64,000 nt of DNA from Lama glama (taxonomy: Eukaryota), in contig CM052817.1 in assembly GCA_028534125.1 (NCBI GenBank), forward strand, positions 124,001 to 188,000, read 5' to 3'. Shown here piece by piece: positions 26,780 through 39,700 of the stretch (the stretch's first letter is position 1; each line of letters begins with the position of its first letter). The notes below the pieces were generated by a model. It was given only the letters and a program-made list of their open reading frames with translations, was not told the DNA's origin and ran no database searches. The position numbers and the translations under genes are program-made.

Positions 26780-27620
26780 CCGCGAGCCGGGCTCTACGCC
26801 CAGCAGCCAGCAGGGTACCGGGTTCTGCGAGCGAGCCGCGCCCCCGCCCGGCTCAGCGCCCGCCAGCCCCGCCCCGGCCCCGCCCCCAGGCCCGGCCGAC
26901 TGCGCCCCGCCCCAGACAGGCCCCGCCCCCTCGCGGGTCTCTCTGCTGAGCCCGGCCCAGAGGCTCCCTCTGGCCACGCCCCTCCTGTCCTCACTCACAC
27001 TCTCTGACACCGCCCCCCCCTAGGTCCCGCCCCCAGGACCCTCGTCTCTCCAGGTCCCGGGGCCGAGCCCAGCCCCGACGGGCCTGCGACCTCTGACCAC
27101 GCCCTGTTCCCCCTCCCACTCTGCCCCGCCCCCTCTAGGCTCCGCCCCCGCCCCGGCTGCTGGGTGGGAGCCGGGCCGCTCAATGCGCATGCTCCAAGCG
27201 CGGCGCCCCCGACTCTGCGCTCGGCTCCACTCGGGCATTTCCGCCTCTTTGTTTTAAACTCCGGACTGGTTTTTTTCTCCTGCTCTTGGGGGGGACCCGG
27301 AGGGAGCGGCGCCCCCTCCCCCTCCCGGCGCGGCCCCCGCGTGCGCCCCGCTCGCCCGCAGCGGAGACGGCAGGTCAGTGAGTCCGCGCCCCGCCCGGGC
27401 TGGCCCGCGGCGCCCGCTCCACAGGCCGCGGCCTCGGCCCGTGTCCGGGCCCGAAAGGCTCCGAACCCCGGCCCGCGCCCCTGCGTCCTCGTCAGCCAGC
27501 CCTGCGGAGCCCCAACTCCTCTCGGCAGGCCCAGGCCAGGGCCGGACCCTCGAGGGGCCGGGACCCCGGGGTGGGCCCGACCCCGGGACGGGCTTCGGGA
27601 GGGACTAGGAGCTACAGGAC
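26780..27620. promoter_or_regulatory. PCGF3: PCGF3 CpG-island promoter with non-coding exon 1 (candidate donor CAG|GTCAGT at 27374)
   Basis: Very CpG-rich; many CCCCGCCC boxes; NRF1-like TGCGCATGC near 27184; located upstream of the PCGF3 coding exons. Confidence 0.75.
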
Positions 27621-28220
27621 CCCAGAATTGGCTATCGAGGAGGACCAGACCCCTGGACGGGTCACCGGGGAGGGACCAGGAAGGACCGAACCCCTAGATG
27701 GGCCACCAGGGTGGACCGGACCCCAGACCCTCACCGTGGAGGGACCAGGGAGGACCAGACCCCTGGTCGGGCTTCTGGGGAGGGCTGGATCTTGGGACCC
27801 ACCAGAAAAGGACCAGGAAGCACTGTGGTCCCTGAGGCAGCTCACCTAGGAGAGTCCAACCCTGAAATGGGTCATGGAGTAGAGTCCAGCCTCACTATGG
27901 GTCACGAAGGAGGGCTGGAACCCTAAGGACCAGCAGGAATCAGAGAGGGCTGGACCCTGAGACAGGTCCTGGAGGAGGGTCAGACTGCAGGACCAGGCAG
28001 GACCCCGGAACAGCTGGCACACTGGGGTGAGTTGCTGGGAAGGGCCAGGAGCTTGGGATGGATCACGGGATGTCCAGACCCTGGGACCAGCCCATCGAGA
28101 GATCAGGAGAGTACTGGGACCCCAGGGCTGACCCCCATTAGGGCCACGGTCCTGGAACATTCCTGTGAGTACCTCTGGGACCCCAGGACAACCCCTCCAG
28201 GAGGCTGAGACCCTGGGACT
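27560..28220. repeat. Degenerate tandem repeat with GGACCAGACCCCTGG/GGACCC core
   Basis: GAGGACCAGACCCCTGG occurs at 27640 and 27750, with many variant units. Confidence 0.65.
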
Positions 28221-29729
28221 GTGACATGTGGAAGGCTCTCGCCGTATGACATGCTCCTAGTGGGTCACCTAGGAAGGAGCTGGGGCAGGACCCTGAAGAA
28301 GGCTGGCTCTCAGGGAGGGTCAGGACAGTGATGAGAGCCAGAACTTGGAGACAGGTCCGCAGCGAGGCCAGGACTCTTGAATGAGTCTCTGAGAAGCACC
28401 CCGACCTCAGGGCAGACTGTAAGGAGCCCTGGGACCTAAGCTAGGCCCCAGGGTTTGGGCCCCTGGGGCAGGATCCCAGGGTTCCCAGAATCTGCCCATC
28501 CCACTCAGCTGGACCTGTCTGCTATAAAGGCTCTGGAGCATCAGGGATTCCGATTACCTGAGCCCCACAGGTGCTAACCAGCCCTCTCTGTGAGGCCCCT
28601 GAGCACCTGGGCCAGCCCCACAAACCTCTGACCTTCAGCAGGTGAGGTAGACGTGAGGCAGGGTTGGGGCCTATCCTCCCAGCTCTGGGGACTCGAGGGG
28701 GGCTCCTGGTCTACACTGGCTCCATGCCCCAATCCAGCCCTGTGCCCCCTTCCCCATTCTTCCAGCCCCTGCTCCAGGGCTGCTGTCCTTTCCCTCCCTT
28801 GGCCCTGTGGTCAGTGTCAGGCACCTTCAGCCACTCCTCCCTCCTCTCCCTCTGGTGGTGTCACCAAACGAGCCCTGTTCTCAAGGTCTGGAGGTGTTTT
28901 CAGTGTCCAGGAATTCCCAGGAGGGGTGGGGTCTGAGCTGGGAGTGTGGGCCATGGGAAGTGTTTTGGGGCCAGTTGGCCCAACGACGTGTCAGGGGAGT
29001 GGATCAGGCCCCTTCTCTCCTCCAGGAAAGGAAAGTGTTAGAGGACTTGGGGTGGGGGCTTTGCTTCTCTGAAACTTCTGAGTCAGACTCACCTAGAACT
29101 TGCCCATGTTGCCTTTAAGTTGGAAGTGGGGACGGAGTAGGGCTGCTCTTCGGCTGGGCAGGGGCTCTGGCATGTGCCCAGTAAGACAGTGTCGGAGGGT
29201 GTGAGAGGGTGAGAAGCCCAGGGCACGGGCAGCCTGGCCTGGGGTCAGCGCGCCCTCATCCAGCGAGCCAGAGAAAGGCAGGAGCGCTTTTGGAAAGGTG
29301 GACTTGCATTCGCTTGCAGACTGACCCAGAGGTTGAGCAGTGGGATGAGGCATAAATCTAAAACCTCCAAGGGAGATGCTAGAACTGGTCAGTTCAGTGT
29401 TTCATTTTGCGCCATGACTTCACTCTTGGTTACTTAGGAGAAAACCGCTTTGAATTTTCAGTGTAACATTTCACAGGACTTAATCTTAACCGGACGGAGT
29501 CCCCAAATAATCCAGCACAGAAACTTTTATTTGCCAAATGTAACCATACTCAGGTCCTTCTTACTCAATGCTTACTTCTTCTAATTTTTTTTTAACATTG
29601 CACTTTACTTTTTAAAAAAAAAACTTAATTTGCCTTGTGAAGTTTTGGAAAAGATCTGCAAAATTGGGCATCCAGATTTGGTTAGATTCTTTATTTTCCC
29701 ATTTTTGGATTTTTGAAGGGTTTTGAAGC

Positions 29730-30125
29730 TTGTGTTACTTGTGTATTGCTGCCCAGCAAATTACCCCAAAACTTAGTGCCTTAAAACAACTTCAGTTATT
29801 ATCTAATCGTGTCTGTGGGTTGGGAATCTGGGCACAGCTTGGCTGGAACCTCTGCTTCAGGGTCTCATCAGGCTGCAGTCAGGGGACCAGCGGGGGCTAT
29901 GATCGTGTCTGTAGGCTCACATGTGGGGGGATCTGCTCCCAGTCTCATTAATGCAGCTGCTGGCTAGGATGTCCATGGGGCAGCTCAGAACAGGAGAGCA
30001 AGCAAGGAGGCCACAGGCCTCATGACCTGATCTTGGCAGTGACATCCCACCTCTACCGGATTCTGTTTGTTAGAACCTAGTCACCAGGCCCGGCCCGCGC
30101 AGAGAGGAGGGCCTCCACATGGGTG
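29730..30125. mobile_element. MaLR (MLT1-type) solo LTR
   Basis: Terminus ttgctgcccagcaaattaccccaaaacttagtgccttaaaacaac; gcagtgacatccc...ttctgtttgttaga. Confidence 0.75.
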
Positions 30126-31162
30126 AGTGTACAGAGAGGGGCGGGGGCTGCTGGGCCATCAGAAGGGCCTGACCGAGTAGTGCCTGCAGGCGAACTAACA
30201 GCTGTATACAGAGTAGTGTGTCCAGGCCTCGGTTGCAGCAGGTCAGCTGCCTCTTTAGTTAGGAGGCTTCTCTGATGTCGCCATCGTGACTGAAACTGTT
30301 GTGATACTGGGGCTTACATGTAATGGAAGGTAAATTACACGTAGGAAAGATTTTTAGGAATTAACTTATAATTTAGAACACCTGTAGCAAACCACAGATT
30401 AAATCGTAGGTGTGTGTGTCAGGGATGTGGAATTCTTTGATAGCTTCAAGGGCAGCGATTTTAGTTGTTTCCGGAGCATCATTTTATTTCTGTCAGTTAT
30501 TTTGCTCCAGAAATTATTAACTGACCTTTGTAAGACATTTTTTAGATGTGAGAACCTGATATGTTTGGGATATTCGACCCTTGTAGGGACTGTGACTCCA
30601 GGAAGCTGTGTGCAAGGGCCTCAGTGCTCAGCCCGCAGCTCTCTGCGTGCCTGATTGCACTGTGTGTGCTCGGGCTGGGATGCAGGGGGCCACGTGAGAG
30701 GCCTCCCGCGAGGACCCATCCCCACCCTGGGGGAGGTGTCCCCTCCTGCCACTCTGGTTTCTGGACCTGCCAGGTTCCACCTGCTGGTGTGAGGGCAGGG
30801 CCCTCTGCCAGTGATTGGAATTCTTTATTTGGGTTCTGTGATTTGGATTATAAAATAAGGTTTGTTTTGGTCTATAATATTATTCTTTAATCTATTAAAT
30901 GGCAGGATTTGTTATTTCCCTTGGAGCTTTATTTGGTTAATAAAATTGACTTTGAAGTTAAAAATGTAATTTTCTTTTATTATTGAAATGTTGAGGTTCG
31001 GGATGTTTTCTTATTACCCTTCTGATACTTGCTATTTCTATCACAGAAATGCTGCACAATTCATTGTGCTTCAAAAATGGAACTACTGTTCTTCAGTCTA
31101 CAAGTTGGTAGTTTTTTACTGAGTTTTAAAAACTGAGGCCTTTAAAAGTAAAAAGACTTAAC

Positions 31163-31258
31163 GGGTGTGTATAGCTTAGTGGTAAAGTGTATGCTCAGCA
31201 TGCAGAAGGTCTTCGGTTCAGTTCCCAGTACCTCCATTAAAAAAGAAGAAAAAAAAAA
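31163..31258 (+). mobile_element. Short tRNA-derived SINE (resembles camelid Vic-1 type) with A tail and target-site duplication
   Basis: A box TAGCTTAGTGG 31172-31182; B box GGTTCAGTTCC 31215-31225; A-rich tail; AAAAAGACTT at 31150-31159 and 31254-31263. Confidence 0.85.
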
Positions 31259-32869
31259 GACTTTCTTTTCTAATCTGCTTGTTTCTCCCTATAGCACTGA
31301 ATTAAGTGAGGGCCCGAGTGACAGTAATGAAACCCTTACCGTCTGATGAGAGGGTTAAGGCATGAGCGTTGTTCACGTGCACTTTTAGAATTGTCTGTTG
31401 AGTTAAGGAAAAACCCTCACCCATAGGGACTAAAACTCACTAGAAAACATGGTCCTTAAAAAAGCCATTGGTAGGTTGATTTTTTTTTGAACAGAACTTC
31501 TAATATTTAGGTGAATTTAGAGAGTAAAGATTAACTGGATATTTTTTTTTTGGCAAATACATCAATATTTGCTGGACTTTACTACATTGACAGCAAATGC
31601 TAGATGCTTAACAAGAAATAAGCAAACTGTAGAGAGCTGTCCACCCACCTCCGAGAAGCCTGCTAACTTGTGGGTCCCCTGTGGGTCTCGTGGGGTCTCG
31701 CCAGCTGCTGTATCTCCTGGCTCAGCAGGGCCTGCCCCATAATAGGTGCCTGACAAAGAGTGACTAAAAGCTGACCTTGCTTGATGCCTTTTGAGGCCCT
31801 GATCTGAAGGTGGTGTGTGTACTAACTCCTTCGGTTCTTAGGTCACCCCAGGACTGCGCCCTGATCACCCCACAGGGCGCAGGCACAGCCGGGCAGTGAG
31901 GGGCAATGGGGACGGGGCTTTCTTTTCACTTTCCTTTTTTACCAGTTTTCATTGAGAAAGCAGGACAGTGGAGAAAAGCTGACAGACTGGGCAGAGAGCA
32001 CCCTTGGCCCCCTCCACCCAGGCCTCATCTGAGTTTTCCCGTACTTGCTTATCTGTTTCTAAATGCACGTTTGTTGTGGACTCACCTGAAAGCAGCTGCA
32101 GACGGCCTGGCGTGCTCTCCAAGTGAGGCGGAGCCCACGGGCCCCGTCATCGGAGGCTCCACCTGGAGGAGGGCCCTCCGGCCACAGGCTAGCTGATTTC
32201 TGGTGCATTTTCTTCCCCGTCGTTGTCTCAAGAGCGTCTCCCAGGCGCTTCCCTGAGCCTGGTGCAGACGGCTCCCCATGTGGCGCTGGTGGCATCTCTC
32301 CCCGCCTTCCCCCCCTCAGCATTGACTTTTCAGGCCACCTATCACATCTGGATTTTCCAACTCTTCACCTGCGCGTCGCCCACCCTAGTCTGTCATCTCC
32401 AGTTTACTCTGTAGACTAAACGGGGAGGCTGGTTGGGCTCTGGGTTTGTGGGACGGCGTGGTTGGCCCCCTTCTTTGCCGGCTCTCAGGCAGGGCCCTAC
32501 GGGCTGGCCGAGCCTATCTGGAGAGGCCTGGGGTCCAAGCACCAGGCCCAGGGGTCGGGCCTCTGTCCCAGAGGGTCACACTTGCTCTGTGAATCTGCCA
32601 GGCCGTCTGTGGGCCATCCCACCATTTCCCCCAGCGCACGGTCAGCCCCCTCTGTCAGCTTTGCTACTTTCAGCCGACTTTACAGAAGGTTCATGCTTGT
32701 GGAGGGAACTGTGGCCTCTGCTGTGCAGTAACATTTCCTTTGCTGAGTAACTGCCTTCCGGGCCCTGGAGTGGGGCTGCTGATGCCCACTGGTTTCCCCG
32801 CCTTTCACTGAAGGCCCCCTGGCAAGGAGGCCAGGGGGGCTGTCCCAGGCCGGCTGCCTCAACCACGCT

Positions 32870-33160
32870 CCAGTCAGGGTGGTTTACAGGGCCAGCGTTT
32901 GTTTCTCACGGTCCTGGGGGCCGGGGTCCGAGATCAAGGTGCTGGTGGGTTTGGTTCCTGGCCGGCGGATGGGCCCACGCTGTGTGCTTGCTGGTGGGGC
33001 GGCGGGGCAGCACCCGGTATACCTGTAAGGGCCCTAACGTGTCGTGACTCTAACCCTGTGGTAGGGCCACCCTCGTGAATCTGACCCTCCCCGAGGCCTT
33101 GCACTTGGAGACGAGGGTTAGGGCTTCAGCATGTGATCTCTGGGGGCACAATCCGATGTG
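32870..33160. mobile_element. MaLR LTR fragment (MLT/MST-like)
   Basis: tttctcacggtcctgggggccggggtccgagatcaaggtgctgg...gggttagggcttcagcatgtga pattern. Confidence 0.65.
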
Positions 33161-33329
33161 TACCGCGGGCTCCAGCTTCTTCCACGTGTTTATTAACCTG
33201 ATTCTTATCTGTAGAATTGGAAGAATAGCTGCCTAATGAGAATGTTTTCAGAGGTGGTGGCCCCTCTGTGTTCTACGTGTTTGGGAACCTAGCCCATTCT
33301 CCTGCGAGTAACTTCCATTCCTCTAAACT

Positions 33330-33785
33330 ACTGTATTTGTTTTCTATTGCTGGATAACAAATTGACACTGACTTGGTGGCTTGAAAGGACACCCACTTAC
33401 TAGTCACAGCTCCGTGGGTCAGGAGTCCAGCCGGCTGCAGCTGACACCTCTGCTCAGGGCCTTGGAGCCTGAAATCCGGATTTGGGCCAAACTGCAGCTT
33501 TCACCTGGGACCCACTGGCTGGGGACGCCCGAGGGCCTTTGCCCAGGACTGCGAGCAGTTGAGAGAATGTTGCCTTCTGCCACCAGCTGGAGGAAACTCT
33601 GCTTTGAATGACCATGAATTTGGTCAGGCCGCTGGATACTCGCCCTACCGTAAGGTCAGCTGATGTGAGTCTTTAATTACATCTTCAAAAGCCCCTTACC
33701 GCAGTACCTGGGTTGGTAAGGGCAGAGGTATGTGTACTCCAGGGCCCACAATCTTGGGGCCATCTCAGAATTCTGCCTGCTGTAG
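33330..33785. mobile_element. MaLR/ERVL-type LTR fragment
   Basis: tttctattgctggataacaaattgac...cttggtggcttgaaa start; tcttggggccatctcagaattctgcctgc end. Confidence 0.6.
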
Positions 33786-36700
33786 TAATTCTATGTACCA
33801 TTCTCTGGCCCCCATAATTCACATCCTGCCAAATGCAAACACACTTGCCCCTCCCTTCCAAGGTGCCCGCACATCCCCCCTGTCATCTGTTTGGTGTAAT
33901 CCCCTGGGTGCAACCCTCGGTCACCTGTGAACCTGGGGACAGGTCGCCCTCCTAGCACCCAGCACTGCAGGACAGACGGGACAGCAGGTGCAGCTGTCCT
34001 GGGCCTCCTGGGAAGTGGAGGTAACAGGTCACAGGTCCAGTACAGCTCTGAGCCCCGGGGGCCTCCCAGCTGAGGTCCTGGGTCGAGTTTCAGGCTCAGG
34101 GTGACCCAGACGGCTCCCAGCTTGCCCTCTGGGCACCAGGTTCCGTCTGAGTGGTCTTTCTCCTGAAGAGGCCTCGTGTCTGTGGCCAGCAGCCTCGTTG
34201 GCCAGTTGCCTGCCAGTAGAATCTTGGGGTTCGACAGCCCCTCCCACTGCATGTTTTCATGCGTCTCCAAAGCTTGGCTCTGAGAGTGGGAAATCGATGT
34301 GATTATGTTAATACAGTCTGTTTCAAGGCTCCGTTCCAATTGCATCTTCCCTCCTGCCTTACCTTGCCCGACATTACTGTCTCCTGTCCCACGTCCTCAA
34401 GGACCACGTCTGAGCCTGTGCCCTCCTTGGCCCTTGTCCTTGTCCCCCCACCCCATCCCATCCCGATGCCTCGGCCTCTTGGCCGGCCACGTGGTGCTCT
34501 TACTGGGCTCACGGGGTCCCTCGCCCCATCTGCACAGTGCCCCGCCCTGTCAGTTCCTCTGGTCTCAGTGAAAAGTGGCCCCTTCACCATCTTTGGCTTC
34601 ACGGCCTGGATCCTCTTCTTCAAGGTGCTCCTCGCTGCTGGTTAGCGGCGGAGTCTGGGGCTCCGAGCCCACCTGTCATGACCCGTGAGCACAGCTGCGG
34701 GCACATGTCAGGTGCTCAGTTTGAACAAGTGCTAGCACTCGTGACCTGAGCCCTGTGGAATTTCTTTTCACACTTGGTCAGCGGTTTGCTGGGATATAGA
34801 ATTCTGCATGAAAGCTGTCTCCTCAGGACAGTGAAAGAGCTGCTCCCTTGACCTTTAGGATTCAGTCCTGCAGGTGAAGAGTCTGACGCTCCGAGTCCTG
34901 TTCTGTGGCGGGGGGGGGGGCTCCTCTCCCCTGGAACTTCGGGTCCTTCCTTGTGCCCTCAGGGTCTTGAGATTTGAGGACATGGTTGGATGTGGGTTGG
35001 CACGTGGGTCCTTGCAGTCTGATGATTCTTCCAACTGGGGAAACTCGAGTAATTTTTTTCCAAGTCTTCAAGAGGAGCGTAGCGAATGACATACAAGTAC
35101 CCGTGTGCTCGTTACCCAGCTTAAGAAGTAAAATACTAAATTGTGTTTCAAATCTCCTTCTCTGTTTTCTTTTTCTGAAACACCTGTTAGTTGGATGTTG
35201 CATCTTTCGTATTTCCTGTCTTTTTCGACCCTTTGGGAGGATTTCCTCAACTTTATCATATCGTCCTATTGAATTTCTAGTGTTGCCAGTCACATGGCTG
35301 GCACTGTTGTGTAGGGAGCTGGTAATAGCAAAATAAATGTGTGAATTGTAAGTTCAGAGGTGGTGGCTTAGAGTCCTGTGTGTGTGTCATTTTAAACAAG
35401 GTGTTCTCTAAAGGCTTGCTGGCAAGGTGACGTTTGAGAGAAGGCTTGATGGAAGGGAGGGAGGGGCCGTGTGGCCACCCGAGAGAGAATGTTCTGACAG
35501 AGACGGTAACGCAAGGACGGCGAGGCAGGATTGCACTTAGAAAGTTCTGCAGCTCACAGGGGGTCCGAGTGAGGACGGCAGCTTGGGGCTGCGGTGGCTG
35601 CCGGATGCCTTAGCTTTCCCTGAGCCTTGGAGGACTTTACACAGGGGAGTCCCACGAGCTGGGAGTGGTGAGCATGGCCCGGTGGGGATGGCACGGTCGA
35701 GGGGTGCGGGCAGTGCGGCTGAGACCAGGCACAAGCCCTGGTGAGTAGGAAATCCAGGTGAGACTTGGAGGTGCCAGTACCGTGTGGAAATGCATGCCTT
35801 CCGAGTGGGCCACAGGTGGCTGGTTCTGAATTTGGGTTTGGGGAGTGTTGAGCTGGAGGAACCTGAGGTGTAAACGTGGTGGGGGGGCCAGGGGAGGAGG
35901 CTGGAGCAGGCGTGGGCTGGGCCCTGTGGCCTCCGCCTGGGAGCATTTGGTCTGGTCGTGGCAGGTGTCTGACATGGATGCTGCTCAGGACACGTCCTGG
36001 GGTCCCACCTCAGTGACTGTCTCAGTCATGAAGTTACACCCAAATACCTGTGCAGACGTTTCATTTAAGAAATGAGAGTTGGGAGCAGACTCAGCAGCAG
36101 AGGTGGCCACCAGCCTTTGCCGCGTCAGCGAGTGGTGGTTGTCTGTCCGTTCGTTCAACACGCGTCGGCACACTGGGCTGTGGGGATCGGGAATGAGCAG
36201 CGTGGTCCAGGCCCCGTGGTCTGCAGCAGGGCAGAGCGTCCCTGAGTGGGGCCAAGACCCCACACAGCGGCTGGGCGAGGAGCTGAGACATGGTGCCCTG
36301 GGGGCCGGGGAGGCCTTTGCCGGAGGGTCAGGTCCCCGTTGGAGGAGTGGTGGGCAGGGACTCTCACTCGTAAGTCGCAAACCCACTCGAAAATCTGAAT
36401 TCAAAGCACTTCTATGTTATTCCTTTTTATTATTTTTTAAAAGCTTTCATGGTGATGTGTAGCCTTGTAGAAATACGTTTAAAGTTTCTTTTCTCTTGTG
36501 ATCTTGACCTGATTTCAGTGTCCCAGCCAGGATGTGCACAGTATGGGTGTGCTTATCCAGACAAGGTTCTGGCGAATCCCTGCGTCTGCCTGAGTGAGAC
36601 CCTGTGACGCCCTCGGGGTGTGAGTCCCGCCGCATGCTGGGCGCTGCGCCACTGCAGGATGGCGCTTGCGTGAGGAGCAGGACAGGTGGAGGACGCCAGC

Positions 36701-39700
36701 AGGCGTGTGAGGAGCCCGCCGTGTGCCAACGCTGCCACGGGGGCCGGGCACAGTGCCTGCCCAGCCCCTCCGGTGGGGGAGCAAGGAGCACGGGGTGCCC
36801 AGACCAGACAGGGAGGGCTCGGCAGTTTGGTGATTTCTGTGAGAATGAGGACGGACGGGTTTCCCGAGCTCCGGGTGAGGGCAGAAAGGGTGGCTCTGGC
36901 TGATCCCACAGCGTTTGCTTCCTGGGCCCCGGCTCCCAGCAGGCGCTCCACGGGGCATGGTGTCCCATGGTGAGGACACAGCCTTGGTTGTGCTGAGGGG
37001 GTGACTGAAGAGGGTGACAGCATGGGGGTTTGGACTGGGGTTTGGTGGCCTGTCCAAGAGTCTCGGGGTCTCTGCCCACCACGTGGTGGTTGAAGCACCA
37101 GGCCGTCGGGGAACAGAGCTTACACAGCTGTGAGGCGGGCGAGGCCCTGGGAGTGGAGCCAATGTGGACTACGTGGATATGTGGGCAGGCCCTGCCGTGG
37201 ATGGAGCTGGTGTGGATGCCAATGTGAATGGGGCAGAGCCTGGAGGGAGGGCACGGCCTGGCAGGAGTTGGGGTCCCTTAGATTGGTTTACTCAGGAGGG
37301 ACCCATCTGGTTTGCTATTCTAAGTGTTGGTCAGACTTGTCTGCGGAGAATGAATTGATGATGTGAGTGGGAGTGGGGGGGCCTGTCCTGGGTGGATCTG
37401 CCGTCCAAGATGGGAGCTGTGGTGATGTCCAGGAAGTGGCCGTGGGCACAGATGACGGACAGAGGGTGTGGTGTGGGGAAGGATGGAGCGGGAGAAGGGA
37501 CCCCACAGGCACACACGACCTCCTCAGTGGGCAGAGACGTGACCATGACTGTCCACAGCAGGCTTATTCCCACCAGCCCCAGCGCAGATGTCCACCTGCT
37601 GGCGAGTGGGCCAGAGTTATGGTGGACGCTGCTCAGAACAGAAAGGGTGAGCTGTTCATCCCCATGGCCCCACGGGCGAATCTCAGGACCATTACCTAAG
37701 TGAAAGGAGCCAAAGGAAAAGAGTGCACACCTGATCCCCGGGGCTCAGGGCTGTCGTCTGGGAAGATGGGGGTCCCCAGAGATGGGTCTTGCTCTTGGCG
37801 ATCCTTACAGAATATTACCTTTTAAGCATGTAGTTGTTAATTTGTGAAGTATTTTCAGTAAAGCGGTTTATAGAGGTCACAGGATGCAATGAACAATTTT
37901 GTGCCAATGAATTTGATGGCCTGCTTCCCTGGAAAATACAAGTTAGCAAAACTAACTCAAAAGTAAGTAGAAAACTTTGAGTTTCTTGCAGGATATGTTA
38001 ACAGAAGGAAGCATGACCCCTGGGGGTGTGAGGAGGCAGGTTCTCTCCCTGGGGGTCCCTGAGGGGAGGAAGTGGGCTCCTCCAGGCAGGCCTGCTGGTC
38101 ACGGCTGGTCACACGCAGCTGACCTGCAGACGACCTGCAGACATGGGAAGACGGGCGGGAAGACGGGCCAGGGGTCTCTTAGTAACCCCTCGCGGTGTGG
38201 GAGGGTCTGGTGCGCAGCTGGTCTCCACGACCTCCTACCTCCCCCGGTGGCAGTGCTGTGTGGGAGAAGTTGGGGTGTTGGGTTGGAGGGATCAACTGGG
38301 CTGCAGGGTGGGCAGTGGCCTTGCACGGGGGGGTTGGTAATGTCCTCGGCCTGGGACCTTGTCGAGAGCAGTTCTATAGAGTAGGGGACGGAAGTTGGGG
38401 GAGAGGGGTGAAAGGCTGGGGGGTCCTGTGGGGAGGAGGTCCTGTCAGGAGGGAAGTATGGAAGGTTCTGGAATGAGAAGGGCTTGCTGGAACGGTCAGC
38501 GCCCTTGTAAAGCAGGAGGACGGTGTCCAGAGTGGGGTCTGGTCAACCTGGAGACCAGGGAAGGGGTATGGAGGCTGCCCCCTCCGCCCCAGGGAGGGCA
38601 GTAGGGTCCCCACAAGAGCACGTGCTGTGGGGCTGCGGGGCCGGAAAGAGGCCGCCTACCAGCCCTCGGTCAGCTTGCGATGGGCTTGTCAGGGCAGATC
38701 CCATCGAGGGCCCAGCAGGCCCAGGGCACTGAGAGTCCGAGGTGTGCATTTCTCCTGTGACCTGCCGGAAGGACTCCTTGTGCTCAGGGCTCCAGACTAT
38801 TTCAGCGGAAGTTCACAGCAAAATCAGTGAAGGAAAAGGCATGTAGGGCGAGGCCTGGGAGAACTGGGCGGGGCTTCTGGAGTCCTCTCCCCTGGGGTCA
38901 TGGACGGACACGTTGTCACCCAGGGGCCTGTCAGGGCTCTTGGAGGTGTCTGCCTGGCACACACCACACTCTCTGGGCACAGGGGGCCACTCTTGGCATT
39001 CAGGTAAAGTTTTAAATTAATGACAGGAACTGTCACCAGCCAGGGTCCCAGGGCCCAGCCAAGGGCTGACCACGCTAGCCTCTGGCAGGACGAGTCTCAG
39101 GTTTTGGCTGGAGGAAAGGGATTGTGTCCTGCAGCCACACTGGCCACCGCGCTGGGCAGCACAGGTGGATGGCACTGGTGTCGAGGGTAATGGGACAGAA
39201 AGTGAGCCCCCACACCTCTGGTTCAGGAAGGGGGACAGATCTGGTGCTGTGTTTCGTTATTATTTGGTCTCCACACATGTGTCTTATGTTTTTTAGTGTC
39301 GATAAAACATAAATTAATTTTATGCATGTTTATGTCACGTGCAGCGAAAAATTGTCCTGGGCCACTTGGCAGCCAGTACGCGGCCCATCTGGCACTCACT
39401 CGTCGGTCAGCTTCAGATCTCGGTCCCCTGTGGCTGCCAGGTGGCCGCCCAGACCCCCGCCACAGAGCCTGTGGGCCGGGGTGTCTGCCCTGTGCCCTCT
39501 CCCAGCTTCGCAGGCGGCGCTGGCGTGGGGCAGGACCAGGTATGTTTACGGGGGGTTATTTTCCAGCTTTGAAGTTTCTGCCAATTAGGGAACTGAGGTA
39601 AATCAGACTTGGTGAGAAGGCGTCCACAGGACTGGGCCGGACAGGAGGCTCCATGGACGGCGGGGCTGCTCTACCAGCCGGGGTCACCCTCAGCGGCTGG

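Noticed and set aside
31163..31240. Possible tRNA gene
   Set aside because: The A tail and target-site duplication indicate a SINE insertion
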